Positions 35,701 through 47,700 of a stretch of 64,000 bases of DNA are shown one piece after another. The notes under the pieces were generated by a model, which saw only the letters and a list, made by a program, of their open reading frames with translations, was not told the DNA's origin and ran no database searches. Position 1 is the first letter of the stretch, and every line of letters begins with the position of its first letter. Source of the stretch: Malacoraja senta (lineage: Eukaryota). The stretch is taken from contig JAXLNO010001607.1 of NCBI GenBank assembly GCA_038087875.1, positions 310,001 through 374,000 of the forward strand, in the 5' to 3' direction. The translations under genes were made by a program, and so were the position numbers.

Positions 35701-38700
35701 GCGAGGGTCGGCAGAGTCGCTGGTGGGGAGCTGGAGTGGAGATATGGGCAGCAGCATCGGTGGCTTTCTGAAGACAGTGAAGGTCGGCGACAGTGGTTGC
35801 GGTGGCCCTGACCGGGGAGGTGGTGAGAGTCGACAGCTGCGGCTGTTTCAGTGGTCCGGACCTGGGTTTGGATCAGTATGTGGATGGGTGGGTGTGAGTG
35901 AGGGTGTGTGTGTGTGTGTGGATGTGTGTGGGTGTATGTGAGTAGGTGAGTGTGTGTCTGAGTGTATGTGTGTGTTCGTGGGAGGGTGAATTTTATAAAT
36001 GAAGTTAAAACCATTAGATCTGTTGAACTTGTTAACAGACTATTGACTTGGTAACCTGTTTCCAAATGTTTGTGTTGGCTTCAGAATACCATTAACAATT
36101 CCAGCAACAGTAGCTTCTGCAGAGGTCATTTAGCAAACTCAAGCTGATTAAGAATTACTTAAGGTCGACAATGTCTCATGAACGTCTTGTGGATTTGGCC
36201 AGGCTAAGTATTCAAAGTCAGTTTTATTCATCACATACACCCGAAGGTGCAGTGCAGTGAATTTGCCAGCAGTGATACACGTAAAAAGAACACACAATAC
36301 ACAATAAAATTGAACACAAACATCCACTACAGCATTTTTCACTGTGGTGGAAGGCAACAAGTTTCAGCAAGTCTTCCTCCTTTGTTCACCCGTGTTCGGG
36401 GCCATAACCCCTCCGTAGTCGCAACTAGGGACGGCCCGATGTACAAGGCCCTCTCGTTGGGATGATCCAAACTCCGATGTTGGGACGGACAAACGCACTC
36501 TGTGCGGCTTGGAGGTTCCGACTCGGCACTTTCCTACTGGAGACCGCAGCTGCAGGATGTTATAGGCCGCAGGCCAGCAGTTCTGCGGTTAAATATAAAA
36601 GGATGTTTCAATGTGTATTCTTTCTCCTTATCTGTATTGTAGCATAAACAAAGATGTTCAAAACAAAGCTAGATAAAATGCTGGAGAAACTCAACGGGTG
36701 AGGCAGCATCTATAGAGTGAAGGAAAACAAATGTGCTTTCTGATCCTTTTATTTTATTTATACTTATTTATATTTATCATGGCGGGAGTATAGGGGCATA
36801 AGGCCTCAAATGCAGAAAATGAACAGAGCGCCCCATTCCACCCCTCTCTCAACTTCCATACCCCTTTTTGCCGTGCAGGCTACAGCTCATGGCATAAAAC
36901 TGTAGCATAGTGGATAAAAACAGGATGACTATTGGAGAAGGGAAGGGGGCCCAATAGATACTTTGTACCCACTGATAAAATTCCTCTGAGGCCCTGCGTA
37001 TACACGCACAAACAGTGTGTGTTGTGAACCATGTCTTCCAAGATGCGCATGTATCGTGAGGCATTTCCCAAGTTGGGCTTCACAAGCATTGTTCAAAATC
37101 CGTGGTCAAGCTGCAATGTGTTCTCTGTGCCGAGGTGTTGAGTCACGAGAGCATGAAGCCCAGCAAATTGAAGATCCATTTGGAGTCTTGTCACAGCAAC
37201 CTGGCGGGGAAGAGCGTGGACTGTTCAAACGAAAAGAAGCCGTACTCAAGGGTTCTCGCATCTATTCAACGGGTCACTGCGCTCATCAAAATGAAGCAGC
37301 GTTGGAGGCTTCATACCGGATTGCTTATCGAATCACACAGACTAAGAAACCTCACAGCATCGGTGAAGAGCTTATCAAGCCATGCCTTCTCGAAGCAGCA
37401 AAGTTGGTGCTGGGGGAAGAGCAGTCAAACAAGTTCAGGCAGATTTCCCTTTTGAATGACACAGTCAAAAGTTGAATCTCGGAAATGAGTAATGATATTC
37501 TGCTGCAAGTAGTGAGGGCTGTGACGAGCAGTCCAGTGTATTCACTGCAACTGGGCGAGTCAACAGATGTTGCCTCATGTTCCCAACTGCTAGTCTACGT
37601 TTGTTACCTCAATGGAGTAGCCATGACGGAGGAGTACCTGTTCTCGGAGCCATTGGCTACTACCACTCGGGGAGAAGATGTGTTCAGAATGCTGGAAGCC
37701 TTCCTCATCAAACATGAGCTTGGCTGGGAACGCCTTGTCGGGATGTGTACAGTTGGGGCACCTTCCATGGTCGGTTGCAGATCCAGTTTCCAAGCCTTCG
37801 TGAAGGATGTCGCTCCCCATGTCTCCTTCACCCACTGCATGATACATCGCCATGCTTTAGCAATGAAGACTCTCCCTCTTGGTCTTCGAGAAGTGCTTTC
37901 AGATGTGGTGAAGATTGTGAACCACATCCGAGAGAGTGCAACAAACTCAAGAATCTTCAAGCGATGTGTGAAGAAATGGGCACCGATTTCACTATTCTGT
38001 TATTCCACACAGAAGTGCGCTGGCTTTTGCGTGGTAAAGTTCTCAATCATGTGATTCAACGTTGAGAGGAAATAGCGCTGTTCTTGGAGAGAAGGGGTAC
38101 TGAGAAGGAGAATCAGCTTCATGAAAAGATGCAGGTTGAACTGTTCGTGATGAAGGTTGCTTACTTGGCTGACTTCTTCGCCGAGGTGAATTCCTTGAAC
38201 CTGTCACTTCAAGGAAACCTCCCAATGGCAATGTGGCAGCATTCAGGAGGAACCTTTACCAGAGAAGAGTCCAGGACGGTGACTCGACTATCTTCCCTGA
38301 AATGACAACTCTCCTGGATGCTATGCCTGATGCTGAATGCCACTTCCACGAGGAGATCTCAACCCACCTTCTGGCAATTAGTGAAGCCATCGAACGTTAT
38401 TTCCCCAGACTGGACGACTGCTCTCATGATGAGTGGATCATCCGACCCTTTTCCGTTGAAGACGGTGGCATCAGTGATACTGACGTGACTGCGAAGGTTG
38501 AATTTTACCGAATTCGTGGAGATGCGCAACTCAAGAGTGACTTCATGGAACAAGGGCTCGCCACGTTTTGGCTGGAAGTGAAGGACTGTCCTGTTCTTTC
38601 GAAGAGGGCCTTGACCCTATTGGTCCAGTCCCCCTCAACCTCTCACTGTGAGGGTGGATTCTCAACTATGGTAACTCTGAAAACGAAGGTACGCAATAGG

Positions 38701-41700
38701 CTTGTGATCGACACTGACATGAGATGCTGCCTGTCGAGCATTCGTCCATGTTTTGATTGCCTGATGACTGCGAAGCAATTTCAGCCATCCCATTGACTGA
38801 GCATTGGCTGACATGTTTTAATAAATCGGGCTGTTTTTTTTCAAATTTTGTTTCAGAGGTCACGGTACTGATCAAGAATGCCCGATGGGGTCGTGGGGCC
38901 AAAAAGGTTAAGAACCACTGCTCTAAAGCTTAAAACTAAAGGGGCTAATAAAGGCTACAAAGTGGCTTTAGTGAGTCGGATTACAGAAAATCCCACATCT
39001 TTTTCAAGGTTTCATGGTTAGTTTATTGTCACATATACCAATTAAGGTACATTGAAATGCAGACTACCATACACAATACAAAAAAAAAGCAACAAGACAC
39101 ACAATAACGTAAAAGTTAACATAAACATCCACAACAGATGAGCCCGCACGTTCCTCACTGTGATAGAAGGCAATAAAGTCTAATCTCCTTCCTCTTTATC
39201 TCCCACGGTCTGGGCAGTCAAACAATCTGCAGTCGGTGGTCGAAACCTGGAATCGAAACTCCCACATCGGAGCAGTCGAAACTCCTGCGGCTTGGAGGTC
39301 CCGGATGTTGGTCTCGACCGAGGACCGCAGGCTCCGCGATGTTAAAGTCTTGCAGGCTCTCACAGTTGGAGCCCTAAAGTCGATCCCCGACAGGGATTGC
39401 GAGCTCCATGATGGTAAGTACACAGGCTCCTGCGATGGAGCTCCCGGTCGATCTCTAGCAAAGGCCGCCATTCCTCAATGTTAGGCCGCATTGTGGACGG
39501 AGATATGATACAGAAAATATCACATCAACGTCGAGGGTAAGAGATTAGGAAAAGTTTCCCACAACTCCCCCAACCCCCCCCCCCCCCAAAACAAGCTAAA
39601 GAACACTAGAGAATATACATTTAACACGTACAAAACGGACACAAAGAAGGAAGGGACAGACATACTGTTGGCGAGGCAACCATTGCAGCAAAAGGTGGAT
39701 TGCTTAAGGATATAGAAGGAAATATGTGCCTGGAGTTTGTGGATATAGGCGAGGTTTGGTTTCACCAAGGAAGATATGTAGAATAGTAAGGACCATTAAT
39801 AGTAAGTACATCATAAAATCCTCCAACATTTTTGCCACCTCCAACGGGATCCCACTACTGGTCACATCTTCCCATCTCCACCCCTTTCTGCTTTCCGCAG
39901 AGACCGTTCCCTCCGAAACTTCCTGGTCAACTCGTCCCTTCACACCCAAACCACCCGCTCCCCGGATACTTTCCCCTGCAACCGCAGGAGATGCAACACC
40001 TGTCCCTTTACGTCCCCCCTCGACTCCGTCCAAGGACTTAAAGTCTTTCCAGGTGAGGCAGAAGTTCACTTGCACCTCTTCCAACCTCATCTACTGTATC
40101 CGCTGTTTCAGTTGTCAACTTCTGTACATCAGTGAGACCAAGCGCAGGCTCGGCGATCATTTTGCTGAACACTCCCCCTCAGTCCGTCTTACCCTACCCG
40201 ATCTCCCGGTAGCTCAGCACTTCGACTCCCCCTCCCATTCCCAGTCTGACCTTTCTGTCCTGGGCCTCCTCCATTGTCAGAGTGAGGCCCAGCCCAAATT
40301 GGAGGAACAGCACCTCATATTTCGCTTGGGTAGTTCATACTCCAGCGGTATGAACATTGACTTCTATTACTTTCGATAGCCCTTGATTTCTCTCTCCATC
40401 CCCTCCCCCTTCCCAATTCTGCCACCAGTCTTACTGTCTCCGCCGACATTCTATCTTTGTCCCTCCCCTGACATCAGTCTGAAGACGGGTCTCGACCCAA
40501 AACAATGCCCATTCCTTCTCTCCAGGGAAGCTGCCTGACCCGCTGAGTTACGCCAGCATTTTGTGTCTCTCTTCGATTTTAACATCTGCAGCATCTGCAG
40601 TTCTTTCTTACACATGGAGAATCAATGTGGAGAATGCTAACATGCAGGGACACTTTGAAGTTAAGCAAGAAGGAGATGTTGGATCATTTGAAGAGAAATG
40701 TGGATAAATCCCCAGGACAGAGGGGTGTAGTGGATGATAATAATAATCGTTGAAAACATTAATGCCGTGCTGGTTTCCGACGGGCATGGTGACGGACGCA
40801 CCACACATCTCTGTCCTCCATGCAACTGGCAGGCGTGTCTTTTATCTCTACACATGCGTCTTCCATCAACGTCTTCAGCATCATCTTGATTGGCCGTCCT
40901 GGGTCAAGTCTTCCATGGGTGGGTTCCCACAGCACAACCTTGTTTGCTGGCATTTCTGGGTGGCGGAGCCAGTGACCTGCGAGCCTCATCCTTCGCAACG
41001 TGATCTTCTCGGTCAGAGGTGGATTCTCCCCATAGAGCTTGGCGTTGGTGATGTGGTCCCTCCATCTGACATTTTGAACTTTTCCGAGAATTCGGGTGTA
41101 GGTACCATCGAGAGACTAGGACAGTGCTGGAGTGAGAGTCCAGGCATCACACCCGTACAATAATATGGTCTCTACAGTTGTACGGAAGGCCAAATATTCA
41201 GGCTGTAGTTCAGTGACACATAGAGTTCTGCAGGGATCTGTGCTGTGACCCTTGCTACTTGTGACATATATAAATGACTTGGACCCTGGTGTTCAGAAAT
41301 TACCCAGTCATAACAATTAATCAAATAATGATTTTTATTTTTCTTTCAGATTATCACTACGTTCAAGGACAGTTTGGTTGTGAGGTGGGCGATCACAGTC
41401 CCACTGTAGGGATATTGAAGTTGGCCTTTGATGGAAGATATGCATTTAGTTTTGATAAGGACAAACTAAAGTGGACGGTGCATGATCCAATAACTGAGCC
41501 CTTCAAAGAGAAATGGGACAAGAATGAAAAAAATGAACCGTTATTTCAAGAGCTTGTTAGAACATGACTGTGTGGATCTATGGCTTACATACTATGCAAT
41601 TGGAAAGACATACCTGACCAGAAAAGGTGAGTTCAGAACAAAGGATGTTGTTTTGTGATGATAGGCAATGAGTAATATTTCACTCTGAGGCAATGAGTAA

Positions 41701-44700
41701 TATTATCTCTGACCCAATCATGACAGAGGGAAAGGTCATTCGGCCCATTGATTCTATGCTAGTTTTCTATGCAATGTCGACAAACTGTTCCACAGCTCTC
41801 TCTCACAACTTGCACTCAGCTCCCTCGGATTCTCCTTGCATTCAGCTCCACGACGGATAATTTGCAATGTCCAACTAACTCACCGGCACGTCTTTGGTGT
41901 ATGGGACAAAACTGGAGCACATGGAGGAAGCCAACTGAGTCATAAGGTGATAAGTAATGTCTGCAGCATTAGAACATTCGGCCCATCAAGTTGACTTCGC
42001 CCGTCAATCATGGCTGATCTATCTCTCCCTCCTAACCCCATTCTCCTGCCTTCTCCCCATAACCCCTGCCGTGCATACTAATCAAGAATTAAAAATATCC
42101 ATTGACGGACTCCACAGCCTTCTGTGGCAAATATAATAACCATATAATAACCATATAACCATATAACCATAACAGCACGGAAACAGGCCATCTCGGCCCT
42201 TCAAGTCCGTGCCGAACATTTTTTTTTATTTTTTTAATTAAAAATAAATACTTCCCCCTAGTCCCATCTACCTGCACTCAGACCATAACCCTCCATTCCT
42301 TTCCCGTCCATATACCCATCCAATCTATTTTTAAAGGATAACATCGAACCTGCCTCCACCACTTCCACTGGAAGCTCATTCCACACAGCTACCACTCTCT
42401 GAGTAAAGAAGTTCCCCCTAATGTTCCCCCTAAACTTCTGTCCCTTAATTCTCAAGTCATGTCCCCTTGTTTGAATCTTCACTACTCTCAATGGGAAAAG
42501 CTTATCCACGTCCACTCTGTCTAACCCGCTCATAATTTTAAAGACCTCTATCAAGTCCCCTCTTAACCTTCTGCGCTCCAAAGAATAAAGACCTAACTTG
42601 TTCAACCTTTCTCTGTAACTTAGTTGCTGAAACCCAGGCAACATTCTAGTAAATCTCCTCTGTACTCTCTCTATTTTGTTGACATCCTTCCTATAATTAG
42701 GGGACCAAAATTGTACTCGATACTCCAGAATTGGCCTCACCAATGCCTTGTACAATTTTAACATTACATCCCAACTTCTATATTCAATGCTCTGATTTAT
42801 AAAGGCCAGCACACCAAAAGCTTTCTTTACCACCCTATCTACATGAGATTCCACCTTCAGGGAACTATGCACAGTTATTCCTAGATCCCTCTGTTCAACT
42901 GCATTCCTCAATTCGCTACCATTTACCGTGTACATCCTATTTTGATTTTTTCCTGCCGAGATGTAGCACCTCACATTTGTCAGCGTTAAACTCCATCTGC
43001 CATCTTTCAGCCCACTCTTCCAAATGGCCTAAATCTCTCTGTAGACTTTGAAAATCTACTTCATTATCCACAACGCCACCTATCTTAGTATCATCTGCAT
43101 ACTTACTATTCCAATTTTCCACACCATCATCCAGATCATTGATGTACATGACAAACAACAGTGGACCCAACACAGACCCCTGAGGCACCCCACCAGTCAC
43201 CGGCCTCCAACCTGACAAACAGCCATCCACCATTACTCTCTGGCATCTCCCATTCAGCCACTGTTGAATCCATCTTGCTACTCCACCATTAATACCCAAC
43301 AATTGAATCTTCTTAACCAACCTTCAATGAGGAACCTTGTCAAATGCCTTACTGAAGTCCATATAGACAACATCCACTGCTTTACCCTCATCAATTTCCC
43401 TAGTAACCTCTTCAAAAAATTCAAGAAGATTAGTCAAGCATGACCTTCCAGGCACAAATCCATGTTGACTGTTCCTAGTCAGACCCTGCCTATCCAGATG
43501 CTTATATATATTATCTTTAAGTATCCTTTCCATTAATTTGCCCACCACTGACGTCAAACTAACAGGTCTATAATTGCTAGGTTTACTCTTCGAACCCTTT
43601 TTAAACAACGGAACAACATGCGCAGTACGCCAATCCTCCGGCACTATTCCCGTTTCTAATGACATTTGGAATATTTCTGTCATAGCCCCTGCTATTTCTA
43701 CACTAACTTCCCTCAATGTCCTAGGGAATATCCTGTCAGGACCTGGAGACTTATCCGTTTTCAGATTTTTCAAAAGTGTCCGCACCTCCTCTTCTTTGAA
43801 TCTCACAGTTTCCATTGCTACTCTGCTTGTTTCCCTTACCTCACATAATTCCATATCCTTCTCCTTCGTGAATACCGAAGAAAATAAATTGTTCAATATC
43901 TCCCCCATCTCTTTTGGCTCTGCAGATAGCTGTCCACTCTGACTCTCTAATGGACCAATTTTATTCCTTGTTATCCTTTTCCTATTAATATAGCTGTAGA
44001 AACCCTTTGGATTTACTTTCACCTTACTTGCCAAAGCAACCTCATATCTTCTTTTAGCTTTTCTAATTTCTTTCTTAATATTCTTTTTACATTCTTTATA
44101 CTCCTCAAGCACCTCATTTACTCCATGCTGCCTATAATTATTGTAAATCTCTCTCTTTTTCCGAACCAAGTGTCCAACTATCTTGCACACATTTTACAAA
44201 CTCCAAACCATCCAGCCCTTTTACAGAATGTGTTTCCCAGTCTATGTGTGGAAAATTGAAATCTCCCACAATCACTACCTTGTGCTTACTACTAATATCT
44301 GCTATCTCCTTACATATTTGCTCTTCCAATTCTCGCTCCCCATTTGGCGGTCTATAATACACCCCTATAAGTGTTGCTACACCTTTCCCATTTCTCAGTT
44401 CCACCCAAATAGCCTCCCTAGACGAGCCCTCTAATCTATCCTGCCAAAGCACTGCTGTAATATTTTCCTTGACAAGCAATGCAACACCCCCACCTCTTGC
44501 TCCTCCAATTCTATCACCCCTGAAGCAACAAAATCCTGGAATATTTATTTGCCAATCACAGCCCTCCTGCAACCATGTTTCACTGATCGCCACAACATCA
44601 TACTTCCAGGTGTCAATCCAGGCTCTAAGCTCATCCACCTTTCTTACAATGCTCCTAGCATTAAAATATACACATTTAAGAAACCCACCACCACTTATTC

Positions 44701-47700
44701 TCTGTTTATTATCTTTTTCTTCTTTCTCCCCTACATTTTGGGTCCGAGTGCTTCCCTTCTTTGCCTCCTGCCTCCCACATTTTCCACTAGCTTTCTCTAT
44801 TTGAGTCCCTCCCCCCAACCGTTCTAATTTAAAGTCTCCCCAGTAGCCCTTGCAAATCTCCCCGTCAGGATATTGGTCCCCCTCGGGTTCAAGTGCAACT
44901 ATTGAGACTATGACCTCTCGTCGTAGACTCTCCCATTGGAGACATCCTCTCCACATCCACATCTATCCAAGCCTTTCACTATTTGTTTGTTTTAAAAAAT
45001 ATATTTTTATTAGAAGCATGTGCATATCATAATACAAACATTTCTTATATATCAATCCTACGTTGCTAATAGGTGGGAGTCCAGGTATCAAAATAATAGT
45101 GGTCCTCATTTATCAATTGTATATTAAATCTGCTTCTATTTAGTTTTTAGTTTTTTGATAGATAGAAAGTGAGAAATTAAAAAAAAGGCATGATAAAGAA
45201 GAATGGAATAATTTACCAATAATACAACTTTGGAGATAGGTCCGTAAGTTATAAAGCATAACTATTCATCTAATCCTGAGCTTGGATTTCAGTCAGATTC
45301 CCATGCTGAACCAATTTACCCTTTCAAAAAATCAATACATGGAGACCATATTCTATTAAATAATTCATGTTTGTCAATTAAGACAAGTCTAGTTCTTTCC
45401 AAATGTAAGGTCTCTGATATTTCCATAATCCACATTTTAATTGTGGGGTTTATAGGACCTTTCCAAAATGTTAATATTAATTTTTTCCCAATTATTATAC
45501 TATAATCAAGAAAGTTTCTTTGGTTTATTGTAAGTCTTAAGCTTTGTTCTGATATTCCTAATATTATTAGTTTTGAGTCGGGATCCAGAAGGGGAGGGGC
45601 CATCTTGGGGAACGGCTGCTAGGTCAGCAGACGTCCGTTTAATTCACTTTTTTTTGTAGTTCTAGTGAGTCCTGTGTTCTGTTTGTGGGAGAAATAGACT
45701 TTTTAATGTAGGGGGAAGGGGTTAACTATATTTCTAGGTCCCTACCTGGTCGGTGAGGCAGCTTTTTCTCCGGGCTGCCCCGACGACCCGTCCTCGTGGC
45801 CTACCAGCGGGCGTGGAGCGCCTTTTTCCTGGCGGGGACCGCCCAGCACCTCGGCTTCGGTGGCGGTATAGCGCTGGAGCGGGCGATGCCTTGCCTGGGT
45901 CGCCGTGCTGGATCGACGTGCTGGAGCTCCGGTGAGCTGTGATTGCCGAGGTCAACACCTCTGGGCTGCAGGTCTGCGGAGCGGAGCGGGCGGCGCCGAC
46001 TCCAACATCGGGAGTCTGGGAGCTCCAAACCGGCGCGGCCTTGTCGGCTTCGGAGGCCGCGGACTTCGGTAGGGAAGCGGCTGTTCAGGTGGCCCAGCCG
46101 CTGAGAGGACTCTCCCGACGCTGGGGCAACAGCACCCGGCGAGAACGGCCAGGAACATCGGGCCTCCGTAGAGGCAATAGCTGAGGCCTCAATAGGCCTG
46201 ACTTTTGGGAGAACTGGGGTTGGGGACTGGACATTGTGCCTTCCCCCACAGTGGTAACCATCCAGTGGGGGGATGATTTCTGTGTGTTAGTGATTATTTT
46301 AGTGTGTGTCCAAGATGGCTGCTGGAAGGGAGAGTGTACGCTGGCGCGGTTTAGCTGCCGCTGCTCTCTCGTCACATTTGTGTTTCTGATTTTTTTGTTT
46401 TTGGATCGAATTCTGTCTTTAATTTGTCTATTGGTGATGTCTTTACTATTTATTTTACTCCGATTATACGTTTTTTTACTTGTTAAATACTGTAAGGTGT
46501 CCTTGAGACTCTTGAAAGGCGCCCATAAATAAAATTTATTATTGTTATTATTATTATTATTGACTACTTCAGAAATTATTCTGAAAATGGCCTTCCTGAA
46601 ATTTTTGATTTTTATACAATTTACAAAGGTATGAGTTAAGTTAACCTCTAAATGCTGGCATTTATCGCAAATAGGAGAGATATGTGGGAAGATTCTATTT
46701 AATTTTGTTTAATAATAATGTAATTTATGTAATACTTTAAATTGTATTAAGGCATGTCTGGCATTTAACGAGCATTGATGTATATATTGTAGACTTTCGT
46801 CCCAAATATCTTTCGTTATAGGTTGGCCTAATTCATTTTCCCATGTGTGTCTATATAAATCCGTCGGCGGGACCTCACTATCTAAGAGGGTATTATAAAT
46901 ATGAGATATTACTTTTTCTGTATTAGGATGTTTATTCAAACATTCATCAAGGATTTCTGGTTCCCTAGTTCTGTAATCTTGTGTATTTGATTTAATGTAA
47001 TCTCTAAGTTGTAAATATCTGAAAAAGTTATTTGAGTGTAGTCCGTAAATCTGTTGTAACTCCTGAAATGAAAGAAAAGTGGCTTTCCTATAAAGATGTC
47101 CCATCTTTTTAATTCCATAACTTTTCCATTGTGTAAAGCCTTTATCCAACATGGAAGGTTTGAATAAAGGGTTGTTTATAATGGGGAGACAGAGTGATAA
47201 ATTATCCAATTTTAAAGTCTTTTTTAATTTTTCACTATATGTTTTTTAATGCAATTTTGTGTGAGCAAACATAATCGAACCAATATCAAAAGGCAAACAG
47301 TCTTTCACTATTTTGTATGATTCAATGAGGTCCCCCCTTATTCTTCTAAACTCCAGCAAGTACAGGCCCACTGCCATCAAATGGTCATCATATGTTAACC
47401 CATTCGTTTCTGGGATACCTCCTCTGGACCCTCTCCAGAGCCAGCACATCCTTCCTCAGATATGGTGTCCAAAATTGCTCACAATGCTCCAAATGTGGCT
47501 TGATCGGCGCCTTATAGAACCTCAGCATTACATCCCTGTTTGACAGGGAGAAAGTGTAATTGATGTCTTTCATATTAGTTAACCATGGATTTTCTTGACC
47601 ACAGTTGACAGCCCCTAATGGGATTGCATGTCTATCACACATCTCAAAAGAGCACAGCGTTAAGCTTCGAAGGGCAAAATTTACACGAGATGTGCAGGTC

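Larger units (their letters stand above)
34638..38920 (+). mobile_element. hAT transposon, Buster/Charlie family (4,283 bp including nested cargo)
   Basis: Perfect 16-bp TIRs CAGTGGTTCTTAACCT; 8-bp TSD CTCCAAAG/CTCTAAAG with the Buster-type central TA; transposase pseudogene inside. Confidence 0.95.

Noticed and set aside
37031-38796. Domesticated ZBED5/SCAND3/ZBED8-like host gene
   Set aside because: Multiple frameshifts and stops, with intact TIRs and TSD. It is a decayed transposon.
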